40,211 nt of DNA, taken from NCBI GenBank assembly GCA_001275005.1, contig JWZX01003268.1, positions 1-40,211 of the forward strand, read 5' to 3'. The translations under genes and the position numbers were made by a program. Within the stretch, counting starts at the first letter, position 1, and each line of letters opens with the position of its first letter. Of this stretch, positions 9,201 through 17,604 are shown in pieces. This stretch comes from Chrysochromulina tobinii (taxonomy: Eukaryota). A model generated the notes under the pieces. It was not told where the DNA came from, made no database searches, and was given only the letters and a program-made list of their open reading frames with translations.

Positions 9201-11903
9201 GGCGCGCGTCCCGGTCTGAAGCTCGTCGCCATCGACGAGAATGGGACGATGCTCTCCCACTTCCAGTGCACCTGGCTGCTCACCAACATCCGCACGCGCG
9301 GCCCGACGCGCGACCAGCAGGGCAGCTCGATCGCGCAGATGACCTCGTGCTCGCAGCTCGACGTGGAGCGCAAGATGTCCGAGCTCGAGCGGCTCGAGAA
9401 CTGGCTCGTCGATGCAGGCTGTGAGGCGATCGCGCTGGGAGCGGTGGACCTTGTGTGCCGCCGGCTCGTCGAGGAGCTCAACCACGTCGCCTTTGCGATC
9501 GCCCTCCGCCGCGAGGGCGAAAAGGACGGCGACGAGATGGCGCGCGACTACTACCGCGCGAGCCGGCCGCACAACGACCAGCCGATGGAGAAGTATCCGA
9601 ACATCTCGCGCGAGGCCTTTGCGAACAAGCTGCCGTTCAAGGCCATGCTCGTCGACGAGGCCATTCCAGCGCGCTGGGCGGCCACGGTCGCCGCTCAGTC
9701 CGAGTTGCCGGAGCTCGATACGGCGCTACGTACCGCGCTCTCGTCGGCGCGCATGCTGCAGGACCCGTTCGCCGAGCTGTGCCACGTCACCGCGCCCACC
9801 GCGCTCAAGCTGTCGAACCTGCCACTCCACCCGATGGCCAGCCAGCTGCCTGAGGACATCCTCGAGCGCGGCCTCGTCAACGAGCTCGTCGACTGCGCGT
9901 GCCGTCTGGGCGTCCACGTGGACGACGTGCAGCGGCAAGCGCACCGCATGCACGTGCTCCAGTTCGTGCCCGGTCTCGGCCCACGCAAGGCGGGCGCGCT
10001 GCTGCGTGACTTGCAGTCACGCTCTGCCAACTCCCTGCCCATCCAGAGTCGGCAGGAGCTCCTCGACGAGAAGCTCCTTGGCCCCGTGGTCTGGCACAAC
10101 GCCGCCGGCTTCCTGATCTTCGACACGGCGCGCCAGATCGAGCGGTGGCGCCCTCCCGGGCTCGAAGGCTGCCGCATCCACCCAGAGGAGTACGAGCACG
10201 CGAAGCGCATCTGCTTTGACGGCATCTACGACGAGAACGAGGAGCCCGAGGAGAACCCACAGACGATGAATGAGGCGGTCGACCGTGCGATGGGGCGCGA
10301 GGCGTACCGTATTGACGAGCAGACGGGCCAAGAGTCGCTTTGCTTGGATTCTCTCGAGCTGGACGAGTTTGCGCAGCATCTGAAGGAGTCCGAGGGCGCA
10401 CGTACCGGCGTCGAGACACTCACCGACATCCGAAGTGAGCTCGCGCACCCCTTCCGCGACATGCGCGGCGCCGTTGAGGGCCGTGGCCCAGTCGATACGA
10501 AGAAGCTCTTCGAGCTCCTCACGGGCGAGACTGACGAAACCCTTCGGCCGGAGCTCCTCACAAGCGCGACCGTGACGCGCTACGAGGCGGGCCGCCAGTT
10601 CCAGGAGCAGCACTCGAGTGGCAAGCTCCATTGCCAGCTGCAGTGTGGCCTGAGCTTGATGATCGACGAGGACAAGATCTCGGACCAGTTCACGCGCGTC
10701 CCGACGGACGCACACTCCCGGCCACAGCTCTCCATCAAGGAGGGGCAGATCATCTCCGTCAAGGTCCTCGCCGTGCATCGCGACACCTTTCAGGTCGACG
10801 GCGCGTGCCGCGGCCAGGACCTGAGCTCCGCCCTCCACCAGACTCTCGCCGAGCAGGAGCGTCATGCCGCCGAGGAGAAGAAGCGGCAGGAGAGGGCGCG
10901 CACGCCCCAGTACGTGCGCCGGCGCATCGCCCATCCCCTCTTCAAGCAGGGCACGCACGACCAGGTAGCCGAGCTTCTGAAGGTCGCACCCGTGGGCGAG
11001 GTGTACTTCCGCCCGTCGTCCAAGGGGACGGCGCACCTGACCGCGTCGATCAAGCTGAGCGCGACTGGGCCGCTGCTGCACGTTGACATTGCTGAGGAGG
11101 ACAAGCCCTCTGCGGCGGAGCTGGGTGCGAGCCTCTTCCTCGGCCGGGACGAGTCGAAGAAGCAGCCTGGCGAGCGCTTCGACGATCTGGACGAGATCAT
11201 CGCGAGATACATCGAGCCGCTCGTTGAGAATGTGCGCGAGCTCGAAGGGCACCGCAAGTTTGTGGATGAGAAGGGCGCCGACGTGCTCGAGAGGATGCTC
11301 AAGGCGGAGAAGAGCGGCGCGCCGCAGACGATCCCGTACCGGCTCTCGCCCAACCCCAAAGCGGCCGATCACTACCAGCTCTCCTACCTGCCCAAGCAGA
11401 AGGTCATCCGGGAGTTCGTCAAAGTGAGTCCCGCCGGCTTCCTCTACCGCACCAAGCTCTTCTCGAGTGTCGAGGACGCTCTCAAGTACTTCAAGGCCAA
11501 CTACAAGGAGCCACCGCCGCGCCCCGCGGGCCCCGGATTACGACGCGATTACGACGCCCAGCCCTCGGGCCCCGGATTACGACGCGATTACGACGCCCAG
11601 CCCACGGGCCCCGGATTACGACGCGATTACGACGCCCAGCCCACGGTGCCTCCCGGCATGCCTCCAGGCATGGGGGGGATGGGGGGGATGGGGGGGGCGA
11701 TGCCGGCGCAGATGAGCGCTGGGATGGGCATGCCTCTGCAGCAGATTCCGCCCGGGCTGCCGCCGGGCATGGGCCAGCTGCTGCCGCCGCCGCCGCAGCC
11801 CGCGGGCTACGCCTACAGCGGCGCCATGGGCGGCATGATGGGCGGCGGCTACGGCGGCGGCGGCTACGGCGGCGGCGGCGGCTTTTTTGGGGGTGGCCGA
11901 TGA
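6273..11903 (+). CDS. SPT6: Transcription elongation factor / histone chaperone SPT6
   Basis: Acidic N-terminus with 'LDDDDLALLEENTG' and 'AEDIFG', 'DLPERLQL', HhH 'LQFVPGLGPRKA', 'RIHPEEY', 'DIRSELAHPF', S1 domain, tandem SH2 'RRIAHPLF...FRPSSKG...FDDLDEIIARYIEP'. Intronless. Confidence 0.95.
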   Translation: MSHMRRRVVVEDEDEDEDDNGAAAVPTTSDGPAAAEEADDPMEEEGAGGDDAEDEPDAAAPADADDGEADDAPPPALPEDDFDGLPSDEEEAADSGAESGEDSDDDNEGEEGGDDDDDNEGEEGAAKSRDDEDEDEVVVSKKAKKRKAAVDDELDDDDLALLEENTGMDVSRLRKGEGGRRRLQKKAREETAPVATTAEDAENEIAAGLFGDDDDEAAEAAEGDDEDEPKVARPARDAEIDDDDESDEKSDGFIEYAPGERPVRRKHALGVSEELANMREEAEDIFGTSTEIRELLAFTRGDASTAVDEGDDEEEADAQSEDESEDEEMDGFIDDDEDEDDEETRAKKEERRARRERKYARKGKKRLAAGTAEEVIDKLYSEEDRKAFFKTSEDAELRDKDLPERLQLAFRNRDAPHPRELEMEALFIFSRLFAQGVGKLPEDADGAPPVRTEEENELRTKRVLRAIETVLSKLREGEPLEGTKAKGKKKGGSADEEEGVVEDAEGEADEDEASKERRRFELAFIAYYRKEDWAAVLTPAQLHAIPELDREHYHLQSSKAALLRSATARFAHEPDLLKRLRALLRTADSLHEVLDLEAWLENEYDVKNSGAAAEDLEPRAAVGGARRPAKNRSLYAAACKGSASVLAEKFGLSVRALAENVVVHFGQQNLPADELLTPEEVAKDFIDMMAAQAASGSAPPLPAELQKPEGALAAAREVFAHGIASNIDLRHKARSHMGMAARLQVEATPKGADEVDPTHALYRVMNELHVRPKDTSAAARERRNSTTLYKLLPGAPYRVDWHNTGSRDEAVAKAELLMMAAKAQQLGLITMSVEVPQLDDYPDAPPDPFLVQLQNAFLTPVDETDPNPCADKWNAQRTLILRRATLGLLYPKLGKEALETALREAQLMVAAECAQRLHALAYGPPFRIAPAERKQQKPGKKKKPDWLPNVGDYYERKARVVGATLLPSDDMGRANKGARPGLKLVAIDENGTMLSHFQCTWLLTNIRTRGPTRDQQGSSIAQMTSCSQLDVERKMSELERLENWLVDAGCEAIALGAVDLVCRRLVEELNHVAFAIALRREGEKDGDEMARDYYRASRPHNDQPMEKYPNISREAFANKLPFKAMLVDEAIPARWAATVAAQSELPELDTALRTALSSARMLQDPFAELCHVTAPTALKLSNLPLHPMASQLPEDILERGLVNELVDCACRLGVHVDDVQRQAHRMHVLQFVPGLGPRKAGALLRDLQSRSANSLPIQSRQELLDEKLLGPVVWHNAAGFLIFDTARQIERWRPPGLEGCRIHPEEYEHAKRICFDGIYDENEEPEENPQTMNEAVDRAMGREAYRIDEQTGQESLCLDSLELDEFAQHLKESEGARTGVETLTDIRSELAHPFRDMRGAVEGRGPVDTKKLFELLTGETDETLRPELLTSATVTRYEAGRQFQEQHSSGKLHCQLQCGLSLMIDEDKISDQFTRVPTDAHSRPQLSIKEGQIISVKVLAVHRDTFQVDGACRGQDLSSALHQTLAEQERHAAEEKKRQERARTPQYVRRRIAHPLFKQGTHDQVAELLKVAPVGEVYFRPSSKGTAHLTASIKLSATGPLLHVDIAEEDKPSAAELGASLFLGRDESKKQPGERFDDLDEIIARYIEPLVENVRELEGHRKFVDEKGADVLERMLKAEKSGAPQTIPYRLSPNPKAADHYQLSYLPKQKVIREFVKVSPAGFLYRTKLFSSVEDALKYFKANYKEPPPRPAGPGLRRDYDAQPSGPGLRRDYDAQPTGPGLRRDYDAQPTVPPGMPPGMGGMGGMGGAMPAQMSAGMGMPLQQIPPGLPPGMGQLLPPPPQPAGYAYSGAMGGMMGGGYGGGGYGGGGGFFGGGR
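11527..11643 (+). repeat. 3 x 39-bp coding tandem repeat (GPGLRRDYDAQP[S/T]) in the SPT6 tail
   Basis: Units start at 11527, 11566 and 11605; each contains gattacgacgc twice. Confidence 0.95.
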
Positions 11904-12382
11904 GGGTCCGGGCGCACGGCTGCGGAGCACGATGCAAGAGGTGCTCGCGCGCACCGGCGTATGACGCCGTCGGTGAAGACAGCGAGATGCGGCGAAACAC
12001 GGTCACAGCGAGCGCGTGTGCACGGGCGAGCATGCCGACTGCACGTGTGTGGTGTCAGACGCATATGTGGCCGATGAGGAGTGCGCGTGGGGAATGATTG
12101 TGGCGCGCGGCTGGGCGAGTGCATGATAATCATGCGCGTTATCGAGAAATCTTCCTGATTCTGTGGAGTTCAACACAAAGCGCAAAAACTCTCCGGACCC
12201 CCACGGCATGCGCTAAGCATGCCTCCACTGTGGGGAAGTTAATGATTGTGGAGAAGGCAGAAAGCCCCTTTACGTTACTAGTAGAAGCCTAAGTATCTGC
12301 TTCTTATCGGAAGGTGATCTGAGGCTAGCAGTGGAGGTGAGAATCGACGGAGAGGAGGAGACACAACAGAAGGAGCACGAAC

Positions 12383-12397
12383 TTGACTTGACTTGAC
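12383..12397 (+). repeat. (TTGAC)3 array
   Basis: ttgacttgacttgac, about 80 bp upstream of ATG 12474. Confidence 0.8.
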
Positions 12398-12473
12398 AAG
12401 GAAGCGGGACTGATTACGAAATGCTCGGTACAATGCCCATGTTTTGGGTCAACCGCCTTTGCAAAATGGCGGG

Positions 12474-13904
12474 ATGGACCTGGTGAGCGACAGTGACGAC
12501 GAGTCGCCGCCAGAGCATGACGAGTCTCGAGCAGAGCCGCCACTGAACAAGCTGCCGCAGGCGCCACCTCCCAAGAAGCTCAGCAAGGCGGAGCGCAAGG
12601 CGCTCGAGGAGAAGCGCAAGCGTGAGGCGGCAGCGGCCGCCGCGAAGCGCGCTCCAAAGATTGAGCCCAAGCTGGGCAAGTTTGTGGCGGACAAGGCGCA
12701 GATCGACGAGAAGGCACGCATCGTGGCCCTACACAAGGATTGTGCTGAACGTGGCAAGGTTCCGGCCAACATGCTCCCCATGTTGATCAAGGACCTCTTC
12801 AAGCCGATCGAGAAGGAGTTCAAGAAGGAGTTCAAGAAGCTGAGCACGCTCGCCACGGAGGTATTTGCCGAGAAGGGTGCCAAGGGCCTCGAGGCCGGCG
12901 ATATGACGGCTTGGTACTTTGACGTGGCGTGGCCCATGATCGACGAGGCGCGCCGCGACGCCAAGGCCGCGGCACAACAAGCCGCGGCGGAAGCGGCGGC
13001 AGCGGCAGCGGAGGCAGAGGCGGCGCGTAAGGCGGCGGAGGCCGAGGCGGCTGCGCTCGCCCGGCTCGCCGAGCTTGAAGCCAAGGAGGCAGCGAGGGTC
13101 AAGGCGGCGGAGGAGGCGAAGGCGGCCGCAGCAGCGGCCGCTGCGCGCGAGGCGGAGGAGGAAGCGCGGCGGCAGGAGGAGGCAGAGAAGGTCCGCCGTG
13201 AAGAGGAGGCAAAGGCGCAGAAGAAGCAGCTCCCCGGCAGACGCGGGCAGGTGCCAGAGCGCCAGCAGCCGCCGCAGCCGCTGCCGCCGCTGCCGCCGCA
13301 GCCGCAGCAGCCGCAGCAAAAGGAAGCGCACCCGCCGCCGAAAGGCACCGCACCAACCAGCCCACCGGCCGCACCACCCGCCGCTCCCGCCGCCCCCTTC
13401 GTGCGCCCCTCCGGATTGCGGATTGAGCCGAACAGCGCGCGCGCCAGTACTCAGTACGACGCCGAGGAGCTGCCAGAGGAGCCCGTGGGATGGGCGGCCG
13501 CGCGCCTGGTCAACCTCGCAGAGCACCGGAGAGTGCTCGGGTTTCTAATGGTGCGCGTGCTCCCGCCGGACGACGCGGCGCCGACCGAGATGCTCGTGCA
13601 GGCTGCGATGGTGCGCACAGCCCTCGGCGAAGCGCTGCTGCCCCTCAAGGACAACGCGCTGCTCAACGAGGCTCCGAAGGCACGCAAGGGCTCTGCGGGT
13701 GTGCCGATAGGTCGCGTCATTCAATTCTGGTTTGAGCGCGTGTGGCCAAAGCATGGGATGGCGCTCACGAGGGCGCTGCAGAACAACTCGGCGATGTCGG
13801 CGATGTCGGCGATGTCGGCAGAGGAGCAGGCCGCAGCAGAAGAGGAGACGGGTGAGGCGCCCGCGGACTCCGTTGCTGCGTCCGAAAGGCCCGATTCTTC
13901 TTGA
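12474..13904 (+). CDS. Unknown protein: Ala/Glu coiled coil and Pro-rich linker between two similar helical domains
   Basis: Long ORF with GC3-rich codon use. Both globular regions end in similar motifs ('TAWYFDVAWP', 'IQFWFERVWP'). Confidence 0.75.
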   Translation: MDLVSDSDDESPPEHDESRAEPPLNKLPQAPPPKKLSKAERKALEEKRKREAAAAAAKRAPKIEPKLGKFVADKAQIDEKARIVALHKDCAERGKVPANMLPMLIKDLFKPIEKEFKKEFKKLSTLATEVFAEKGAKGLEAGDMTAWYFDVAWPMIDEARRDAKAAAQQAAAEAAAAAAEAEAARKAAEAEAAALARLAELEAKEAARVKAAEEAKAAAAAAAAREAEEEARRQEEAEKVRREEEAKAQKKQLPGRRGQVPERQQPPQPLPPLPPQPQQPQQKEAHPPPKGTAPTSPPAAPPAAPAAPFVRPSGLRIEPNSARASTQYDAEELPEEPVGWAAARLVNLAEHRRVLGFLMVRVLPPDDAAPTEMLVQAAMVRTALGEALLPLKDNALLNEAPKARKGSAGVPIGRVIQFWFERVWPKHGMALTRALQNNSAMSAMSAMSAEEQAAAEEETGEAPADSVAASERPDSS

Positions 13905-14025
13905 CCGGGGTAGAGTTGTAGAGATGACGCGCGGCGTTTGAGGGCGCCCCACTCTTTAGGTTTTGATTCCCACTTGGATTGAATAATGTGCTCGCTTTTC
14001 GGAGGAGCCGCAAGTTGAAGTGAAG

Positions 14026-15093
14026 ATGAAGTCGGCCATCTGCACGCAGCGGCTGGCCGCTGCCGAGTCTTTGTGGTCGATCACAACGCGTCTCGGCTCC
14101 TTCGGCACGTCGCTCGGCCTGAAGCTCCAAAGAGACGGCGGCCGCCTGACGCCTGTGCGCATTGACAGTGCAACTTCTGAGTGGAAGATGCCTTGGCCGA
14201 CTTGGGCGGCACGCTCAGACGGAAAGGTTTGCTTGGCGGTCGTGCTGGCACTAGCGGACGAGATCTCTTCTTACGGCGGCATGGCTTGCTTCGACAAGAA
14301 GCGTCGACCTGGTGTCACGCTCTCCATCTCAGGGACTCTTGCAGCTCGCAGCGACGGCGAGGTGCCAAGCGTAAGTGGCGGCGAGGAGCTGCACTTTGTT
14401 TCGCGCAAGCTCAAGACCGGGCGGCAGCTCGGGCACATGGAGCTCGAGATCTGGCGTGGTGCGCCGTCCTCATCCGGAGAGCTCCTAGCTGTGGGAAGGC
14501 ACTCGAAGATGCTCTCGCTTCCAGCCCCACTGCTCTCGCCCATCTCGGTGCTCGAGTCGGTTGGAGCTTCCGCCATGTTCGCCCACGTCCAGCCGTGGGC
14601 GATGCGCCTCTTCGAGCACCGCTATCCGGACGTGAGGCCGTGGCCGCCCATGGACCCGAAGCGTCGTGCGGACCTATTTCCTCCACTAGAGGCCATCGCC
14701 ACGGATGCCGCAATGAGTCGTCTGATGCCGTTGCGTCATCCAGCGGCGGTGGAGGGTACTGCGCCGATCTTGTACGCTGCGCCGCTCTCACCCACGTGGT
14801 CGAACCTGATGGGCAACATGCATGGCGGCGCGGCCTGTATTCTCGGTGAGCAGATTGCGGCCGCGTCCTACCGGCATGCCGTGGGCGCCGACTTGGGCGT
14901 CGACGTATCTCCGCCTCCGAGGATGATGCATGTCCAGATGCTATCTGGCCTCGTGTGCGATGGGCGGATGGCCCAGTTCGAGGCCGTCTCCTCTCCAGCG
15001 CCAGGCCAGGATCATTCAAGCAGGAGCACGCTGGCGACGATGCGCCATGCAACGAACGCTGGCAGGGCCGTCGAGTGCACGTACTGGTGGTGA
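14026..15093 (+). CDS. Double hotdog-fold acyl-CoA thioesterase (PaaI/ACOT13-like)
   Basis: 'LALADEISS...RPGVTLSIS...KTGRQLGHMELEI...LLAVGRHSK' followed by a second unit 'NLMGNMHGGAACILGE'. Confidence 0.8.
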   Translation: MKSAICTQRLAAAESLWSITTRLGSFGTSLGLKLQRDGGRLTPVRIDSATSEWKMPWPTWAARSDGKVCLAVVLALADEISSYGGMACFDKKRRPGVTLSISGTLAARSDGEVPSVSGGEELHFVSRKLKTGRQLGHMELEIWRGAPSSSGELLAVGRHSKMLSLPAPLLSPISVLESVGASAMFAHVQPWAMRLFEHRYPDVRPWPPMDPKRRADLFPPLEAIATDAAMSRLMPLRHPAAVEGTAPILYAAPLSPTWSNLMGNMHGGAACILGEQIAAASYRHAVGADLGVDVSPPPRMMHVQMLSGLVCDGRMAQFEAVSSPAPGQDHSSRSTLATMRHATNAGRAVECTYWW

Positions 15094-15589
15094 TAGATCT
15101 CACCGGCGCACTTCGAGACACTTGTTAGGTGTTAGAGGCTCCCGGCAAACACCAATGCGGCCATCTGCTGGGCGCAATGGGGGGCAAGATTGCGCCGAAG
15201 AATGTGGCTGCACTCACGCGGCTCGACCACAAACGCGCCACGTCGCTGTTGGCTCTGAATGCGGGTGTGCCGACGACTGACGTGGCTGACTGACGCGGCA
15301 GGCGTCTTCATCTGGGGCAACCACACATCGACGCAGTAGAGACGAGAGGTCGATGTAGCTACGGTCGAGGTGTGTGCGCACACACGCGGTCGGGCGGGCT
15401 GCTCCGCCCGCCGCCCCGCCCGGCGCGGGCCGCGGCCCACCGCAGCCTCTGGACGCGCCGTTAACGGGGTCCGCCACCGTCCGTCGCACAGCTGCCGTCG
15501 CACCGAAATGCGAAAAGGTCGTGTACGGCCGGACGCCGCCCGGAAATTCGATTTCGTTTCAAATAAGCTTCGGACTACATCCCGTTCTT

Positions 15590-16981
15590 TTACTGCCACC
15601 TTGCCCTCCCTCCACGAAGGCCGGGCAGCAGCCACGCGAGATCTCCGGCGAGGTTGGCCGCGACGAACGCGGCGGACAAGGTGGCGAGAGCCATCAGCCC
15701 CGGGCTTCGCGATGCGCCCATGGTACGCCGTCGGCGCATGGCCATGAGTGGCGGCACGAGCCCCCAGAGCAAAGCGACCGGGTATGCGCCCGCGAGGTCG
15801 ATCGCTCCAAAATAGGCCGCTGTCGATCCGGCCGTCGTCGCGATTGTCGTAGGGATGGCAATCGTCGCCGCGTACAGGAGCAGTGAGGGTAGCCCGCCGC
15901 CGCCCGCACGTCCCCCCGCGCCTGCGGACGCCGACGACGATGGCGCGCCTGTCGTCTTGGACGCTCGCGTCGCATCAAGGCTGAAGATGTGAAGCGCCCT
16001 GGCGGTGCCCAGAATCGTCGTCAGCACGGCGGTGGCTGCTGTGGCCGCGGTGGCTGCCCCGACGTAACCGTGAGCCAGCATCAGAGACGCGACGGGATCC
16101 GCACGCAGTGCGCCACCGCCGAGCGATGGTGCGACAAGCGCGATGCCCAGCGACGACCAGAACAGCTGAATCGCGAGGAGCGCGAGCGAGCCCACGACGA
16201 TGACACGGCGCACGCGGGCTCGGGCATAGCTGAGGCACGAACAGACGACCGGCACCACCTCGCAGTACACGTGCAGCTGCAGCAGCGTGGGCGCGGCCGG
16301 GAAGGCGAGCGACCAGTCGGCGCGCGCTAGCCGCGACCAGTCGGCCAGCGGCCAGCCCGCCGCAAAGAGCGTGCTCACCGCTCCGATGAAACCAATCGTC
16401 AGGCCTCCGTTGATGAGGCTGACCATGTTGGCCGAGGCGAGGCGTGCAAATGTGGAGACGCTCGCAGCGAGAACACCGCAGCGCACTGCTGCGAATGCTG
16501 AGGCCATCGGCACGCTGGCGAGCAGTGCGTCCCCCTTTGCGACCTGCGACACCATGGTCGTGATCATGAGAATGATAAACGTGAGCGAGACGGCACGGCC
16601 GCCGGCCTCGCCAAAGGCGTCGTAGCCGAGCGATGCAAAGGAGACGGGCGCGGAGCTGTTGCTGGTGCGGCTGCGTTCGGCAGATGCATCCATGACTAGC
16701 TCCGCTATCAGGAGCGACTCGGCCAGAAGCCATGCCCAGCAGCCCGTGAGCACGGCCGCAGATGGGAGCGCGCCAGCTGGAGCCGTCGCATACGGCAGAG
16801 CGAGAAAGCCACCGCCGATGGCGGTCCCGACGAGCAGCGCGCACGCGCCTGCGTCCTGGGCGACTGAGGCGCTGATAGCGACGGGCGCGCGAGGCGATGA
16901 GAGCAGCAGGGGCAGCCTACTTGTAGCGACAGGCCGCCTCAGCATGATTGTGCTCGCGCCAGCACCGAAGGCCAAGCTCAT
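15590..16981 (-). CDS. Aromatic amino-acid permease (TyrP/Mtr family), probably plastid-targeted
   Basis: 'GACALLVGTAIGGGFLALP', many hydrophobic helices, 'GAYPVALLWGLVPPLM'; Ser/Arg-rich N-terminal extension. Start codon uncertain. Confidence 0.85.
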   Translation of the reverse strand: MSLAFGAGASTIMLRRPVATSRLPLLLSSPRAPVAISASVAQDAGACALLVGTAIGGGFLALPYATAPAGALPSAAVLTGCWAWLLAESLLIAELVMDASAERSRTSNSSAPVSFASLGYDAFGEAGGRAVSLTFIILMITTMVSQVAKGDALLASVPMASAFAAVRCGVLAASVSTFARLASANMVSLINGGLTIGFIGAVSTLFAAGWPLADWSRLARADWSLAFPAAPTLLQLHVYCEVVPVVCSCLSYARARVRRVIVVGSLALLAIQLFWSSLGIALVAPSLGGGALRADPVASLMLAHGYVGAATAATAATAVLTTILGTARALHIFSLDATRASKTTGAPSSSASAGAGGRAGGGGLPSLLLYAATIAIPTTIATTAGSTAAYFGAIDLAGAYPVALLWGLVPPLMAMRRRRTMGASRSPGLMALATLSAAFVAANLAGDLAWLLPGLRGGRARWQ

Positions 16982-17340
16982 GCAAGCTGTGAAGACTGGT
17001 GACACACCCGTATACCGTACAAACCCGGACCCCCTAGCGCAAGGGCCTCTATCTCTATGGACGGAGGTTTGGCCGAAGCAACCTGTAAAACATCGAGACC
17101 ATTAAAATTTGGGTCGTTCGACCCCCTGTGCTGGCTGTGGTACACCGTACAATGTACTCTGAAGTGCCGGTTTTTGAAGTTGGAGCGCGTTAGTACGTCT
17201 TACACGATCACGTAAACTCGCCGTGGTCTGTTTATCTTACATCCAAGATCCGTACACGCGACACCCTTACGGCCTGGGGAGGGGGACTCTGTGTGGGCCC
17301 TTTTTGCCTAGGCCTCACAGGCAGCGGTTCGCGCTCTGAT

Positions 17341-17382
17341 TTGACTTGACTTGACTTGACTTGACTTGACTTGACATGACTT
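17341..17382 (+). repeat. (TTGAC)7 pentanucleotide microsatellite plus one variant unit
   Basis: ttgac x7 at 17341-17375 followed by atgactt. Confidence 0.95.
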
Positions 17383-17505
17383 AAATTTGGAAAATGTGCC
17401 GGCAACTTTGCGTGAGAGGCGCGCGCCGGTGTATACCCAAATAAGCGCCAGGCCTTTGCATTCAATTGTTTGCATTTCCCCACAGAGCGGGTGGCCTGCC
17501 GCGCT

Positions 17506-17604
17506 GCCTGGGAGGCGCCCACCTTGATGAGGGATGTAATTGCGCCTGCAAAAGCGCCAAAGAACAGGCGCAATTACATCCCTCATCATGGGCGCCTCCC
17601 AGGC
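17506..17604. repeat. Long inverted repeat: 16-bp stem, 3-nt bulge, 24-bp perfect stem, 16-nt loop
   Basis: 17506-17521 pairs with 17589-17604; tgatgagggatgtaattgcgcctg (17525-17548) pairs with caggcgcaattacatccctcatca (17565-17588). Confidence 0.95.

Noticed and set aside
6182..11372. Many long antisense or alternate-frame ORFs over SPT6 (also over kinesin, argJ and the TOG gene)
   Set aside because: Expected shadow ORFs of high-GC3 coding DNA; low-complexity Ser/Arg/Leu translations without motifs.
11527..11643. Direct repeats as a possible CRISPR array
   Set aside because: Units are contiguous with no unique spacers, in frame inside SPT6, eukaryotic context, no cas genes.
11820..11903. 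Gly-rich SPT6 tail as a plant SPT6L-type Argonaute hook
   Set aside because: No WG/GW dipeptides; only GGY and GGM repeats.
12285..12325. agtatctgcttcttatcggaaggtgatctga resembles U2 snRNA branch-pairing and stem IIa region
   Set aside because: The invariant 5' part (GGCCTTTTGGCTAAGATCAAGTGTAG) and an Sm site are missing; probably chance.
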